In this document: positions 9,318 to 20,506 of the stretch, in pieces | Layout of the letters: each line of letters opens with the position of its first letter | How positions within the stretch are numbered: position 1 is the first letter of the stretch | Assembly (NCBI GenBank): GCA_027328625.1 | Contig: DAHVSZ010000001.1 | Coordinates: forward strand, 1-56,642 | Origin: Candidatus Paracaedibacteraceae bacterium | GTDB taxonomy: Bacteria; Pseudomonadota; Alphaproteobacteria; Paracaedibacterales; CAIULA01 | DNA: 56,642 nt | Direction of reading: 5' to 3' | The notes under the pieces: model-generated | What the model saw: only the letters and a program-made list of their open reading frames with translations | Told to the model about the DNA's origin: nothing | The model's database searches: none | Program-made: the position numbers and the translations under genes

Positions 9318-10823
9318 TTAGCCGGTTTTTTCTTGAACTGTATCTTGATCACCATTCCATAAAAGATCCATTTGTGCAGGTAAAGCAGCTGCCCAATAGG
9401 TAATACTACCTGCGCCAAGACAAAGAACTATATCACCTGATTTTGCAATGCGTCTTAAAAGGTACGGGAGTTCTTTCTGATCTTTTATTTCAAATACTTG
9501 TGAGATCTCACCTTTTTGGCGAACAGCTTCAGCTAAAAGATCTGACCTTGCTCCTTCTATAGGATCTTCTCCTGCACTATAAACAGGCGCAATGACAACT
9601 TGATCACACCCAGAAAAGCATGTGGCAAAATCATCGAATAAATGACTTAAACGGCTATAACGATGGGGTTGCATAATAGCAATAATATTGCCTTTTGTTG
9701 CTTGTTTTGCTGCATCAACCACAGTTTTAATTTCGACTGGATGATGAGCATAATCATCAATGATTGTGACGCCTCCAGTTATACCTACTTTGGTAAAGCG
9801 ACGTTTTACTCCTTTAAAATTATCAAAAGCTTTGCGAATGATTTCTTCACTGATACTTAATTCTTGTGCAATGGCAATAACTGATAAAGCGTTTTGGACA
9901 TTATGTTTTCCAACCATAGGAAGAAACAAGTCTTTGATACGATGCGGTAAAGATTTAAGACTTGGTGAATCCTTTTGCATAAATGCCTGTGGTGGAAGAG
10001 GCCTTGATATGTCAACATCAAAGGTTGTTCCTTCTTCACTTAAACGCAAATTTAAAGCACGAATCATTGCATCAGGGTGAAAGCCATAAGTAACAAAACG
10101 TCTGTCAGTAATTTGAGGGACTAATGACATAACGTTCGGGTGATCAGCACATAATATTGCAAGTCCATAGAATGGAATATTGCTAATAAACTTAAGAAAA
10201 GCTTGGTTAAGAGCTTCTATTGTCCCATAAAATTCCATGTGTTCTGGGTCAATGTTGGTTACTATTGCGATTGTCGCTGAAAGCTTTGTGAAACTACCAT
10301 CTGATTCATCAGCTTCAACAACAGTCCAGTCACCTGTTCCAAGACGAGCATTTGTGTTGTAGGCATTAATTATGCCACCATTAATTACAGTTGGATCAAA
10401 ACTAGCTGCTTCTAATAATGAGGCAGCGAGAGATGTGGTTGTTGTTTTTCCGTGAGTTCCTGAAATAGCAATTGATAGTTTAAGTCGCATAAGTTCTGCC
10501 AGCATTTCAGCGCGTTGAATGACTGGAATACCGTACTTGCGAGCTGCAATAACCTCTGGATTATTGGCTTTTACAGCTGATGAAACAACAACAACTTGAG
10601 CTCCTTGTATATTTTCAGCATTATGTCCTATTGAGACTCGTATACCAATTTTCTGTAGTCTTGTCGTGTTATTATTTTCAGCTATATCGCTTCCTTTAAT
10701 TTTATAGCCTAAATTATGCAACACTTCTGCTATTCCGCTCATGCCAATACCACCGATGCCAATGAAATGAAGATGATGTACAGTTTGAGGTGGTATACGC
10801 ATGGTTACAAAAACCTTTTTCAA
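9318..10823 (-). CDS. murC: UDP-N-acetylmuramate--L-alanine ligase
   Basis: HFIGIGGIGMSGIAEVL and GTHGKTTTTS motifs. The track start is a TTG at 10823; an ATG at 10802 (MRIPPQ...) is an equally plausible start. Confidence 0.92.
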   Translation of the reverse strand: MKKVFVTMRIPPQTVHHLHFIGIGGIGMSGIAEVLHNLGYKIKGSDIAENNNTTRLQKIGIRVSIGHNAENIQGAQVVVVSSAVKANNPEVIAARKYGIPVIQRAEMLAELMRLKLSIAISGTHGKTTTTSLAASLLEAASFDPTVINGGIINAYNTNARLGTGDWTVVEADESDGSFTKLSATIAIVTNIDPEHMEFYGTIEALNQAFLKFISNIPFYGLAILCADHPNVMSLVPQITDRRFVTYGFHPDAMIRALNLRLSEEGTTFDVDISRPLPPQAFMQKDSPSLKSLPHRIKDLFLPMVGKHNVQNALSVIAIAQELSISEEIIRKAFDNFKGVKRRFTKVGITGGVTIIDDYAHHPVEIKTVVDAAKQATKGNIIAIMQPHRYSRLSHLFDDFATCFSGCDQVVIAPVYSAGEDPIEGARSDLLAEAVRQKGEISQVFEIKDQKELPYLLRRIAKSGDIVLCLGAGSITYWAAALPAQMDLLWNGDQDTVQEKTG

Positions 10824-10847
10824 GAATAAATAATAGGAAATAAAGAC

Positions 10848-11954
10848 TTACATCTTTACTGTTAGCAAATCTCCAATAACTTGTGCAATAGTATTTGCAA
10901 GATTAGTACTTGCTTCAGGTTGTGCAAGTTCACGCATTGCTTTCGCAGCTTTGGTTAGTTTCTCAGGATTTGACATCAATATAATAAGCTGTTCTGAGAG
11001 AGTTGAAGGAGTAAAACTTTTTTCTCTCAGCACCCAAGCTGCACCAGCTTTTGCGTAAATCTGTGCATTATACCATTGATCACCTTCTAAGGATGCAGCA
11101 TATGGAACTAAAAGAGCAGGCTTTCCAACAACAGCAAGTTCTGCAACAGTAGAAGCTCCAGATCTTGCAATCACAAGATGCGAAGATGCATACAATTCAT
11201 CCATATTTTTGAAAAAGGGCTGTATATCTACATCTAAGAGTGATTGACGATAGGCAGCCTTAGTTTGTGCTAAATATTCAGGTCGACATTGCTGTTTAAT
11301 TTTCAACCGACGCTGTAATTCAAGAGGAAGATTAATTAGAGTTTGTGGAACGGTTTCAGAAAATATTCGAGCCCCTTGACTACCGCCAATAATAAGCAGG
11401 TGAAATGGATCATTTGATTGCGATGGCGTATAAGGACTGTTTTTTAAAGCTAAGATTTCTGGGCGAACTGGGTTGCCAGTACACACTGAGTTTGAATTAG
11501 CGCCTCTTGTTTCTGGAAAAGAAGTGGCGATACAAAAAGCACGTTTTGAGAGTAATCTATTGGCTTTTCCTAAGACAGCATTTTGCTCATGAATAACAGT
11601 GGGGATGCCAGAGAGTTGTGCAGCTAAAAGAGGGGGGAGGGAAGGATAGCCTCCAAAACCAATAACAATAGTTGGTTTTAGTTTTCGATAAAGCCAATAA
11701 CAATATAAAGTATGCCAGAAAAGACTTAGATACAGCATTAATCTGCCAATAATTGGCGCGCGCCTTTTTATAGGACGAATGAAAATTTCTTCAAAACAAG
11801 AAGCGTTATTTAGGGCTTGCCCTCTATTGTCTGTAACAAGATAAACTTTTCTACCATAATCTTTTAATTCTTCTCCTAAACTTAAAGCCGGAAACAGGTG
11901 CCCACCAGTTCCACCACTTGCAAGCAAGTAAGTTGGTTTTTGGGATTGGCGCAT
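10848..11954 (-). CDS. murG: Undecaprenyldiphospho-muramoylpentapeptide beta-N-acetylglucosaminyltransferase
   Basis: LASGGTGGHLFPALSLGEEL and the HEQN motif, in dcw context. Confidence 0.93.
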   Translation of the reverse strand: MRQSQKPTYLLASGGTGGHLFPALSLGEELKDYGRKVYLVTDNRGQALNNASCFEEIFIRPIKRRAPIIGRLMLYLSLFWHTLYCYWLYRKLKPTIVIGFGGYPSLPPLLAAQLSGIPTVIHEQNAVLGKANRLLSKRAFCIATSFPETRGANSNSVCTGNPVRPEILALKNSPYTPSQSNDPFHLLIIGGSQGARIFSETVPQTLINLPLELQRRLKIKQQCRPEYLAQTKAAYRQSLLDVDIQPFFKNMDELYASSHLVIARSGASTVAELAVVGKPALLVPYAASLEGDQWYNAQIYAKAGAAWVLREKSFTPSTLSEQLIILMSNPEKLTKAAKAMRELAQPEASTNLANTIAQVIGDLLTVKM

Positions 11955-13096
11955 TACAAAACCTCCGTGACACCATGACGACGTCTGGTCAGCGACAGAA
12001 GCATACCCATGGCAATCCCAAGAGCAACTAAAGATGATCCACCATAACTAACAAAAGGCATGGTCATACCTTTTGTTGGTATTAAATGAAGTGCAGAGGC
12101 CATATTAATAAAAGCTTGAAGACCAAATTGCATGGCAATTCCGGATGTTCCCATAATGACAAACAAACTAGAATCTTGCATAGCGCGTAAGAGTGAGCGA
12201 ATAACAATGAAGGCAAACAATCCAACCATAGCAAGACAAAGAACGAGTCCAAATTCTTCACCAGCAACTGAGAAGACGAAATCGGCGTGTGCGTCAGGGA
12301 CATTCTTTTTGATAATTCCTTCTCCTGGTCCTCGGCCAAATAGACCACCATTCATAAACGCTTCTAAAGATTGATTGACTTGATAAAGATCGTGCTTGGG
12401 ATCACCAGAGGTTGGATCTAAAAATTGATCAATACGTCGAGCAACGTGAGGAAACAAGAAGTACGCTCCACATAAACCAGATACGCCCAAGCCTGCCAAG
12501 ATAACCATCCATATTATAGGCATGCCAGCAATAAATAATTGACCAATCCAAGTTGAGACCACTACTAAAGTCATTCCTAAGTCAGGCTGTAAAAGAAGTA
12601 ATAGCACAAGTATGCACAGCAAGATAAATGATATTAATAAGCCAGGAAATTGAAAATCACGATATTTTTCAGCTAGCATCCATGCAACCATGATAGCAAA
12701 TGCAGGTTTTATAAACTCTGAGGCTTGAATAGATGTGCCAGCAATCATAATCCAGCGTCGAGCACCTTTGATTTCTGTGCCATTAAATAAAGTAACAATA
12801 AGCATAAGAACGCCAACTAGATAAATAAGAGAAGCAAACCTTCTTACTTGTTGAGGTGAAAGAAGAGAAACGCTAATCATTAAAACAAGTGCAGGTGGCA
12901 CCATAATCATATGACGTTTAACAAAGAAGAAGGTGCCTAAATTTAGGCGATCGGCAACAGGAGGGCTTGCAGCGAAACTTAATAGAACACCAAGCGCTAT
13001 AATAGCAAGAAGAGCCCCTAGACTCCAGCGATCAACAGTCCACCACCATCTTCCAAGAACGCTTGTATCACGTCGTGAAAAAGTTGTCGTACTCAT
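11954..13096 (-). CDS. ftsW: Peptidoglycan glycosyltransferase FtsW (SEDS family)
   Basis: Polytopic membrane protein with PDLGMTLV and SEFIKPAF motifs, located between murD and murG. Confidence 0.9.
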   Translation of the reverse strand: MSTTTFSRRDTSVLGRWWWTVDRWSLGALLAIIALGVLLSFAASPPVADRLNLGTFFFVKRHMIMVPPALVLMISVSLLSPQQVRRFASLIYLVGVLMLIVTLFNGTEIKGARRWIMIAGTSIQASEFIKPAFAIMVAWMLAEKYRDFQFPGLLISFILLCILVLLLLLQPDLGMTLVVVSTWIGQLFIAGMPIIWMVILAGLGVSGLCGAYFLFPHVARRIDQFLDPTSGDPKHDLYQVNQSLEAFMNGGLFGRGPGEGIIKKNVPDAHADFVFSVAGEEFGLVLCLAMVGLFAFIVIRSLLRAMQDSSLFVIMGTSGIAMQFGLQAFINMASALHLIPTKGMTMPFVSYGGSSLVALGIAMGMLLSLTRRRHGVTEVL

Positions 13097-14394
13097 AAAA
13101 GTCCCCTAACAAGATCGCGAAACACTTCTCCGCGATGTTCGAAATCTTTAAATTGATCAAAACTAGCACATGCTGGAGAAAAAAGTATAACAGCTTGTTT
13201 TGATTGATCTTTTTGAGCCATGCCATATGCTTTTTGCAGTGCTGTATCTAAATCTCCGCATTTTGAATATAGAACTTTTGATTCCAATGTTTTAGCAAAA
13301 TCAGCTTCTGCTTCGCCAATAAGAAAAGCATGTGTAATTTTTGGGAAATATTGTTTTAAAGAGGCAATTCCATTGCTTTTAGGTCGTCCGCCTGCAATCC
13401 AATAAATGGAGGTATCTTTATAGCTATCTAATGCTTTTGCTGTAGCATCGGCATTTGTAGCTTTGCTGTCATTTACAAATATAATGTTTTGATTATGACC
13501 TATTATTTCTAGTCGATGAGCAAGGCCAGGAAAAGTGTGCATACCTTTTTGAATGTCATGAGCTGATAATCCTTGAAGCCTCAACGTTGCATAAGCAACA
13601 GCTGCATTTTGATGATTATGCTTTCCCTTAAGTGTGAGGATTGGATTTAAATCAATTATAGAAGTGGCGCCTTCAAACAAAGTTCCTTGAGATACCCAAA
13701 TATCAGCTTTTCTTTCAACCGATACGCTGAAGGCTGGAATTTTCTTATTAATTTGTTCATAGACCTTTTTAGAATATGAATCATCAATAGAAATAGCCGC
13801 TTTTTGACATCCCTCAAAAATTCTCATTTTGGCTTTTACGTACCCACTCATGGATCCGTGGCGTTCTAGGTGGTCTTTGGAGATATTAAGCCATGCAGCT
13901 ATGTTTAAGTTTAAAGAAGGTGAAAATTCTAACTGGTAAGATGAAAGTTCTAAAACATAAATGCCTTTTTCATTAAGTTTGGATAATGATAGTGCTGGAA
14001 TGCCGATATTGCCTCCAACAGCAACTTCTTTTTTATTCTCTTTTAGAACATGTCCTATCAAAGCAGTAGTTGTAGATTTTCCATTGGTTCCAGTTATACC
14101 AATAAAAGCTGCTTTGTTTTGAGATTGGCGCAAAAGATTAATGTCACTTAAGATGGGAATGTTTCTTGATAAGGCTTCTTTTGTTAATGCATGAGGCTGA
14201 GGAAGATTGTATGGTATTCCAGGGCTTTGAATAACAGCTGTAATTTCATTCCATGGGATAGAATTTAAATCACTCTTGAAACCTTCACACTTTTTTGAGT
14301 CGTCATCAAAAGCTATTACTTTTTCCTTTTGATCTTGTAGCCATGACGCTGTTGCTTGACCGGAGCGTCCCATTCCTAAGATTAAGTATGTCAT
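13093..14394 (-). CDS. murD: UDP-N-acetylmuramoylalanine--D-glutamate ligase
   Basis: ILGMGRSG and GITGTNGKSTTTAL motifs, in dcw context. Confidence 0.93.
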   Translation of the reverse strand: MTYLILGMGRSGQATASWLQDQKEKVIAFDDDSKKCEGFKSDLNSIPWNEITAVIQSPGIPYNLPQPHALTKEALSRNIPILSDINLLRQSQNKAAFIGITGTNGKSTTTALIGHVLKENKKEVAVGGNIGIPALSLSKLNEKGIYVLELSSYQLEFSPSLNLNIAAWLNISKDHLERHGSMSGYVKAKMRIFEGCQKAAISIDDSYSKKVYEQINKKIPAFSVSVERKADIWVSQGTLFEGATSIIDLNPILTLKGKHNHQNAAVAYATLRLQGLSAHDIQKGMHTFPGLAHRLEIIGHNQNIIFVNDSKATNADATAKALDSYKDTSIYWIAGGRPKSNGIASLKQYFPKITHAFLIGEAEADFAKTLESKVLYSKCGDLDTALQKAYGMAQKDQSKQAVILFSPACASFDQFKDFEHRGEVFRDLVRGLL

Positions 14395-14406
14395 TCTTTA
14401 CACGAC

Positions 14407-15495
14407 CTACCGCAATTTAAGTGTGGAGAGTCCAACAAGAGCAAGGATACTTGCGATAATCCAAAAGCGAATAACAACGGTTGACTCTGCCCAGCCTTTC
14501 TTTTCAAAATGATGATGAATAGGTGCCATTAGAAATATACGCTTTCCAGTCATCTTAAAATATCCCACTTGTAGGATTACAGATACAGCTTCTAAGACAA
14601 AGAGTCCACCAACAATTGCTAAAACAATTTCATGCTTAGTAATAACAGCGACAGTTCCCAAAGCCCCACCAGCAGCAAGAGAACCAGTGTCCCCCATGAA
14701 AACTTTGGCAGGCGGAGCATTAAACCATAAAAAGCCTAGTCCTGCACCTATCAGTGCTCCTAAAAAGATGGTTAACTCTCCTGTATTAGCTACGTGGTGA
14801 ATTTGTAAATAGTTTGAAAAGATGACGTTGCCTACTAAATAACTAATTAAACAAAAGCATACAGCCGCAATCATTACAGGAACAATCGCCAAGCCATCTA
14901 AGCCATCGGTTAGGTTAACAGCATTAGATGAGCCAACAATAACTAAAACGGCCCAAACGTAATACCAATAACTTAAATTCAGGACAAAATCTTTAAAAAA
15001 CGGAAAGGTAAGACTGTAACTTAAGTTATCTGCGTTGTAATGAGTAATACAATAAATTGCTGTTAAGGAAAGCACAATTTGACCCAATAGCTTAATGCGG
15101 CCTGGCATTCCTTTGTGACTTCTTTTTGTGAGCTTTAGAAAATCATCATAAGCACCTAAAGCTCCAAACCCAAATGTTACAATCAAAACAATCCAGATAA
15201 GCGGATTTGACCAGTCTGTCCATAAAATTGTGCTGACGCCAATGGCAAACAAAATAAGACATCCCCCCATTGTTGGTGTCCCTTTTTTTGTGAGTAAATG
15301 GCTTTCTGGTCCATCTGTTCGAATCGGTTGTCCTTCACCTTGTTTACTTTTTAGCCAACGGATAATGGGTTCACCACATAAAAAACTAAGGATAAGAGCA
15401 GTAAGTACTGCCCCTCCTGTTCTAAATGTAATGTATCGAAAAAGGTTAAAAAAAGAAAACTGATCAGCTAGTGGGTATAAAAAATAATACAACAT
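14407..15495 (-). CDS. mraY: Phospho-N-acetylmuramoyl-pentapeptide transferase
   Basis: [22 protein letters not shown] and [15 protein letters not shown] motifs. Confidence 0.95.
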   Translation of the reverse strand: MLYYFLYPLADQFSFFNLFRYITFRTGGAVLTALILSFLCGEPIIRWLKSKQGEGQPIRTDGPESHLLTKKGTPTMGGCLILFAIGVSTILWTDWSNPLIWIVLIVTFGFGALGAYDDFLKLTKRSHKGMPGRIKLLGQIVLSLTAIYCITHYNADNLSYSLTFPFFKDFVLNLSYWYYVWAVLVIVGSSNAVNLTDGLDGLAIVPVMIAAVCFCLISYLVGNVIFSNYLQIHHVANTGELTIFLGALIGAGLGFLWFNAPPAKVFMGDTGSLAAGGALGTVAVITKHEIVLAIVGGLFVLEAVSVILQVGYFKMTGKRIFLMAPIHHHFEKKGWAESTVVIRFWIIASILALVGLSTLKLR

Positions 15496-15501
15496 AAATG
15501 A

Positions 15502-16929
15502 TTATGCAGCCACCATCAAAGGTTGAGATAGAAGATAATCAACAACTTTGCTAACTTTGCTACCTTTAGATCCTTTTACAAATACTGTATCTCCATCTTG
15601 AATATAAGAGAAAACATGAGGAATCAAAGCATCTGCAACGAGTTCATATTTTCCTTGTAGATTTTCTGGAAGAGCATTAAACAAGTGCTCCATTTCACTG
15701 CCAGTTGCAAACACCACATCAACGTTAGCAGCAATAATTGCTGGTATTAAGCCTTTATGATAGTCAGCTGATTTTTCACCTAGTTCTAACATTTCACCTA
15801 AAACAGCAATTTTTCTGCCTTTTATTTTAATAGATCCAAGGACACTTAATCCCGCTTTCATTGAAGTTGGGTTTGCATTATAAGCATCATCGATGAGCGT
15901 GAAATTCCCGCCATTTGCAAGGTTGAGAGTGTGGCGCTGTCCACGGCCCTTAAGAGGTTGGAGAGAGGATAAAATGGAGTCCTGTGTAAGAGCCAACTGT
16001 TCTAATAAACCTAAAGCATCTACGCATGCTAAAATAAAGAGGCTATTGATTGCGTAGTGCTCACCGATGAATGGAAGTGTGTAAGATAGCGGTTTGTCAT
16101 CTATTTTTGCGTTGATTGTAGAAAAAGAACCGTTACCATCCATTTGGTTTGGATGATAGGAGATTAACTTTACATCGGCATGAGCGGACTTGCCAACACC
16201 ATAAACTTTTGAAGCTCCTTTTGAGAGAGCAACTTTTTTTAGAAAATCAAATTGAGGGATATCGGCATTAATAATTGCAATACCATCTTTTTTTAACCCA
16301 GAAAATATTTCAGATTTTTCTGCAGTAATTGCTTCTAAAGAACCAAGACGACCTATATGAGCCTCTGTGATTGTTGTGATAATGGCAATGTCTGGATTTA
16401 CCATTTGAGCTAAAGGAGCGATTTCTCCGGGAGAGTTTGTTCCAAGCTCAAAAACACCGTATTGTGTGGTTTTATTCAAAGATGTCAGACTTAAAGGAGT
16501 GCCCCACTGATTGTTAAAGCTTGCAGGAGAAGAAACTGTTTCTCCAAAGTGACTGAGAACTTGACGTAGCCACTCTTTTATTGTCGTTTTACCAGCACTT
16601 CCTGTAATTGCGACAACTTGAGCTAAACTTCTTGAACGGGCATATCTGCCTAAATCCGCAAGAGCTTTTAGGGTATCATCAACTAGAAAATAAGTACTAC
16701 CATTTTGGTTTAAATCAAGAGGGTTGCTTACAATTGCTGCAGATGCTCCTTTTGCGAAGGCATCTTTAACGTAATCATGGCCATCAAGTGACTCACCTTT
16801 AATAGCAACATAAATCTCTCCCTTTTTAAGAGTTCGAGAATCGATAGATATTCCTGTTGCTGAAAAGTTTGAATCGCTTGCAATAAGGCTTAAGGCTTGT
16901 GTAACGTCACTTGCTGTCCATGGCATCAT
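15502..16929 (-). CDS. murF: UDP-N-acetylmuramoyl-tripeptide--D-alanyl-D-alanine ligase
   Basis: ITGSAGKTTIKE and DDAYNANPTSM motifs. Confidence 0.9.
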   Translation of the reverse strand: MMPWTASDVTQALSLIASDSNFSATGISIDSRTLKKGEIYVAIKGESLDGHDYVKDAFAKGASAAIVSNPLDLNQNGSTYFLVDDTLKALADLGRYARSRSLAQVVAITGSAGKTTIKEWLRQVLSHFGETVSSPASFNNQWGTPLSLTSLNKTTQYGVFELGTNSPGEIAPLAQMVNPDIAIITTITEAHIGRLGSLEAITAEKSEIFSGLKKDGIAIINADIPQFDFLKKVALSKGASKVYGVGKSAHADVKLISYHPNQMDGNGSFSTINAKIDDKPLSYTLPFIGEHYAINSLFILACVDALGLLEQLALTQDSILSSLQPLKGRGQRHTLNLANGGNFTLIDDAYNANPTSMKAGLSVLGSIKIKGRKIAVLGEMLELGEKSADYHKGLIPAIIAANVDVVFATGSEMEHLFNALPENLQGKYELVADALIPHVFSYIQDGDTVFVKGSKGSKVSKVVDYLLSQPLMVAA

Positions 16930-16945
16930 GAGCGGTCTCCTTATA

Positions 16946-18388
16946 CTATATATGTTTTAAAACTTCATTCTGATCGCTAAAGGGGAGAATCGTGTCACCA
17001 ATGATTTGACCGCTCTCATGACCTTTGCCTGCTATCAACAATACATCATCTTCTTTTAATCCTGCAATTGCTACTGCAATTGCTTCTCCACGATTTCCGA
17101 TTTCTTTGGCTGTAGAGCAGGCTTCGAGAATTTGCTTACGGATAAACGCTGGTTCTTCGAATCGAGGATTATCATCTGTTACAATAATTTTATCAGCAAA
17201 CTTTTCAGCAATTTGTCCCATTAATGGTCGTTTGCCAGCATCACGATCACCTCCACATCCAAAGACAACGCATAAACTTCCGTTAGTATGGGGTTTTAAA
17301 TTTTTTAAAACACATTCCAGTGCATCAGGCGTATGAGCATAATCAACAAAAATTGGAGCACCATTTTTCTTTCCTATAAATTCCATTCTTCCTGCTACGC
17401 CTTTTAAAGTGGGTAAGGCAGACAAGATAGAGGGAAGGGAAATGCTAGTTGCAAGTCCTAATCCGATGGAACATAATAAATTTTCTAATTGGAAATAACC
17501 AACAAGCGGCAAAATTTGATCGGGGATAAGTTTGCCTTCTACTCTTAGATCAAAGTAAATAGATTGTTCTATTGGTCTAATATTTTCTATTGATAAATCA
17601 GCTGATTGTTTAATGCTATAAGATATAATTTTTTGATTACGGTTTTTGCAGAGTCGCTTTAGTTCAAAGAAATAGGGGGAGTCAGCATTGAGTACAGCAG
17701 TCTTTCCTTCAGGGAGAATCTCGGTAAATAGCTTAGATTTGGCGATAAAATACTCTTCCATAGTAAGATGGTAATCTAGGTGATCCTGGGTTAAATTTGT
17801 AAATCCTGCAGCTGTCAGATGAGCACTATGTAAGCGCGCCTGATCTAAGCCATGACTTGATGCTTCCATGGCTAAATGATTAACATCGTTTATTTTTAAA
17901 TAAGTGAGTGTTTTATGAAAATTAATCGCATCAAGGGAATTTAATTTTGGTAAATCGAGTTCTTTAATGTTGAGAAAATCAGGATTTACCACAAGTCCCA
18001 AACTTCCAAGGGAAGCACTCTTTTCTCCCAGCGCATACCAAAATTGACGAAGCATATTAACAATTGAACTTTTTCCATTTGTGCCAGTAACAGCGACAAT
18101 TGTCTGTGGTTGTTGGCTATAAAATGCACTCGCTATTTTTGCAAGATCCAGCCGCGGATTTGAAGAAGGGATAAAGAGAATCGTTTGATTAAAAGGTTTC
18201 AGCTGTTCACATATGAATTCTTCAGCAACTATTACTTTAGCTCCAGCTTTAATTGCTTGTTGAACATAATGCAAAGCATATTCACAAGAAATAGCAACAA
18301 ACAAATCTCCTAACTCAACTTTTCGTGAATCGCAACGGATATTTGGGATCTCTATATTAGCTTCTTTTAATAAACTAATCGTCTGCAT
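16946..18388 (-). CDS. murE: UDP-N-acetylmuramoyl-L-alanyl-D-glutamate--2,6-diaminopimelate ligase
   Basis: VTGTNGKSS, VDYAHTPDAL and the DNPR motif. Confidence 0.9.
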   Translation of the reverse strand: MQTISLLKEANIEIPNIRCDSRKVELGDLFVAISCEYALHYVQQAIKAGAKVIVAEEFICEQLKPFNQTILFIPSSNPRLDLAKIASAFYSQQPQTIVAVTGTNGKSSIVNMLRQFWYALGEKSASLGSLGLVVNPDFLNIKELDLPKLNSLDAINFHKTLTYLKINDVNHLAMEASSHGLDQARLHSAHLTAAGFTNLTQDHLDYHLTMEEYFIAKSKLFTEILPEGKTAVLNADSPYFFELKRLCKNRNQKIISYSIKQSADLSIENIRPIEQSIYFDLRVEGKLIPDQILPLVGYFQLENLLCSIGLGLATSISLPSILSALPTLKGVAGRMEFIGKKNGAPIFVDYAHTPDALECVLKNLKPHTNGSLCVVFGCGGDRDAGKRPLMGQIAEKFADKIIVTDDNPRFEEPAFIRKQILEACSTAKEIGNRGEAIAVAIAGLKEDDVLLIAGKGHESGQIIGDTILPFSDQNEVLKHI

Positions 18389-20135
18389 GTGTTAGTCCTG
18401 GAGTGGATACAACATGATTAACATGAATTAATTCTTGGTTTCGGTCTTCGAGTTCTTCTTCGTCTAGTTGGCCGTGCAGTCCCAAAATAGGCGCCATTCT
18501 TGAGATCATTCTGCCTGCGATTGGAGCTGAGTTCCAGCCTGCTGTATTATATCCATAGGTGGATTTATTGGGTTTAGGGTCTTCTAACACGACAATCATT
18601 ATATATTGCGGATTGCTATAGGGGAAGGCACCGATGAAAGTGTTAGTACGACTTTTCCCATCATGATAACTACCACCTTTTGCTAGATAAGCTGTACCTG
18701 ATTTCCCGAAGACTTGGTAACCTGAAATATCAGCTTTTTTAGCTTTTAATTTTACAGCCATACGCATCAATTTTCGAATTATTGCTGAAGTTTTTTTAGA
18801 AACGATAGGCGTATTATTTTTATTTTCTTGAATCAAAGTTGTGCGTTGATCAGGAGTTTTATAAAGAAGTGTTGGTTGCGTTACAATGCCGTCATTAATA
18901 ATTGCGCTAACTGTTTTTAGAACTTGCAGCGGAGTTACAGAGATTCCATATCCATAAGAAACAGTCATGGTTGTTGACTCTCTCCAATTTACTGGGATCA
19001 AAGGCTGCCCAATTTCTGGAATTTCTACTGTTGTTGGAGTGAAAATGCCAAATTTCTTTAAATATTCTTTTTGGTTATTTGTTCCAAATTGAAGTGCTAT
19101 TTTAATAGACGCTATATTAGATGAATAAATAAAAGCTTCGGAAAAAGTTAAAACGCGATTTAAACCTTTAAAATCTTTTACTTGGAAACGTCCAATTTGC
19201 ACTGGATGGGACGCATCATAACGACTGTTTAAGTTTGCGCTGCCTGATTCAAGGGCAATTGTTGTGTTTATAATTTTAAAAGTCGATCCTGGTTCATAAA
19301 CACCTAAGGTGTTGCGATTAAAGGTGGCTTCTCGTGGAGTTTGGTTCGGTAAATTGGAGTCAAACACAGGCAGAGAAGTCATTGCTAAAAGTTCACCTGT
19401 ATGAATATCCATCACCATAGCATTACCGGCAACTGCATTAAATTCAGCAATCCCCTTAGCAAGCTCATCGTGAACAATGTGTTGAATTCTGATATCTAAA
19501 GATAATTTTAGAGGTTCAGTATTTTTACGAAGTTTGATATCAAAGAATTTTTCAATACCTGATAAACCATTATTGTCAATACCACAATAACCAAGAACAT
19601 GGGCCCCGAGTGGACCAAAGGGGTAAACACGTCTGGTATCTTTTTGCAAATAAACACCTGGAATCCCAAGATGGTTAATAGCTTGTTGTAATCTTGGAGG
19701 AATGTGTCTCACAACCCAAACAAATCCCTTGTTAGATGTTAACCGCTGATAAATAACATCAAAACCAATTTCAGGTAATAATTTGGCCAATTTTTCTGCA
19801 GCATCACGCGCATTAAGAATGACTTTCGGATTAGCATAAACGGATGCTGTAATTAAATGTGTTGCTAAAATTTCACCGTTACGATCAACAACATCGGCGC
19901 GTGGCAACATGTTTGCGTGTTCAGTTATAGGATTTGAGATTGTCTTTGATGTTCGAACAACCATAACGTCAATTAATCGTCCACAAATTAATAAATAGGC
20001 AACGGCTACTAAGCTTCCTGCTATAAATACACGTTGTCTTGCCATTTCTAAAAGAGAACGGTGGTGTACAACCTGATGCCAAAGGCTTAGATGTTTTGCA
20101 AGGCTGACAAAGGGGCGTTTAATAAAATGTTTCAT
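18375..20135 (-). CDS. ftsI: Peptidoglycan D,D-transpeptidase FtsI (PBP3)
   Basis: N-terminal TM anchor, PBP dimerisation region, and transpeptidase motifs STFK, SSN and KSGT. Confidence 0.9.
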   Translation of the reverse strand: MKHFIKRPFVSLAKHLSLWHQVVHHRSLLEMARQRVFIAGSLVAVAYLLICGRLIDVMVVRTSKTISNPITEHANMLPRADVVDRNGEILATHLITASVYANPKVILNARDAAEKLAKLLPEIGFDVIYQRLTSNKGFVWVVRHIPPRLQQAINHLGIPGVYLQKDTRRVYPFGPLGAHVLGYCGIDNNGLSGIEKFFDIKLRKNTEPLKLSLDIRIQHIVHDELAKGIAEFNAVAGNAMVMDIHTGELLAMTSLPVFDSNLPNQTPREATFNRNTLGVYEPGSTFKIINTTIALESGSANLNSRYDASHPVQIGRFQVKDFKGLNRVLTFSEAFIYSSNIASIKIALQFGTNNQKEYLKKFGIFTPTTVEIPEIGQPLIPVNWRESTTMTVSYGYGISVTPLQVLKTVSAIINDGIVTQPTLLYKTPDQRTTLIQENKNNTPIVSKKTSAIIRKLMRMAVKLKAKKADISGYQVFGKSGTAYLAKGGSYHDGKSRTNTFIGAFPYSNPQYIMIVVLEDPKPNKSTYGYNTAGWNSAPIAGRMISRMAPILGLHGQLDEEELEDRNQELIHVNHVVSTPGLTHADD

Positions 20136-20146
20136 AATATGCAGCC

Positions 20147-20506
20147 CTAATCCGTGTCTTGACCAATGGCATTTTGGTCGCGTGCTGCTTCAGCGATTAA
20201 GCTATCAAGAGCGCTTCGATCGTAACTACCATCTTTACTGGCAACATCATCAAATGAAACAAGTTGAGAACTACCAACAGGGGCAATATCAAGATATTTC
20301 TGTGCTAATACTTGTAAACGACTAGGATCATTCAAATGTGCCCACTCTGCACGTAGAACATGGATGGCCTCACGGGTTTCTTGAATATTCTTTTTAATTT
20401 GAGAATGCTGTTGTTCAAGTCCCATGACTGCGTATTTTGTTTTGAATAGGGCTAGCCCTACAGCCAAAGTCAAACCACTAACTACAAGTGTAGAGCGTCT
20501 TATCAT
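20147..20506 (-). CDS. ftsL: Cell division protein FtsL (alphaproteobacterial type)
   Basis: 119-aa bitopic protein with a TM segment followed by a coiled coil, located between rsmH and ftsI. Confidence 0.65.
   Translation of the reverse strand: MIRRSTLVVSGLTLAVGLALFKTKYAVMGLEQQHSQIKKNIQETREAIHVLRAEWAHLNDPSRLQVLAQKYLDIAPVGSSQLVSFDDVASKDGSYDRSALDSLIAEAARDQNAIGQDTD

Noticed and set aside
9663-17336. Various 60-106-aa ORFs antisense or out of frame within dcw genes (for example 9760..10080, 12132..12374, 15230..15463 and 17025..17336)
   Set aside because: All are nested inside strongly supported mur/fts genes. They have no independent family signal and are typical shadow ORFs.
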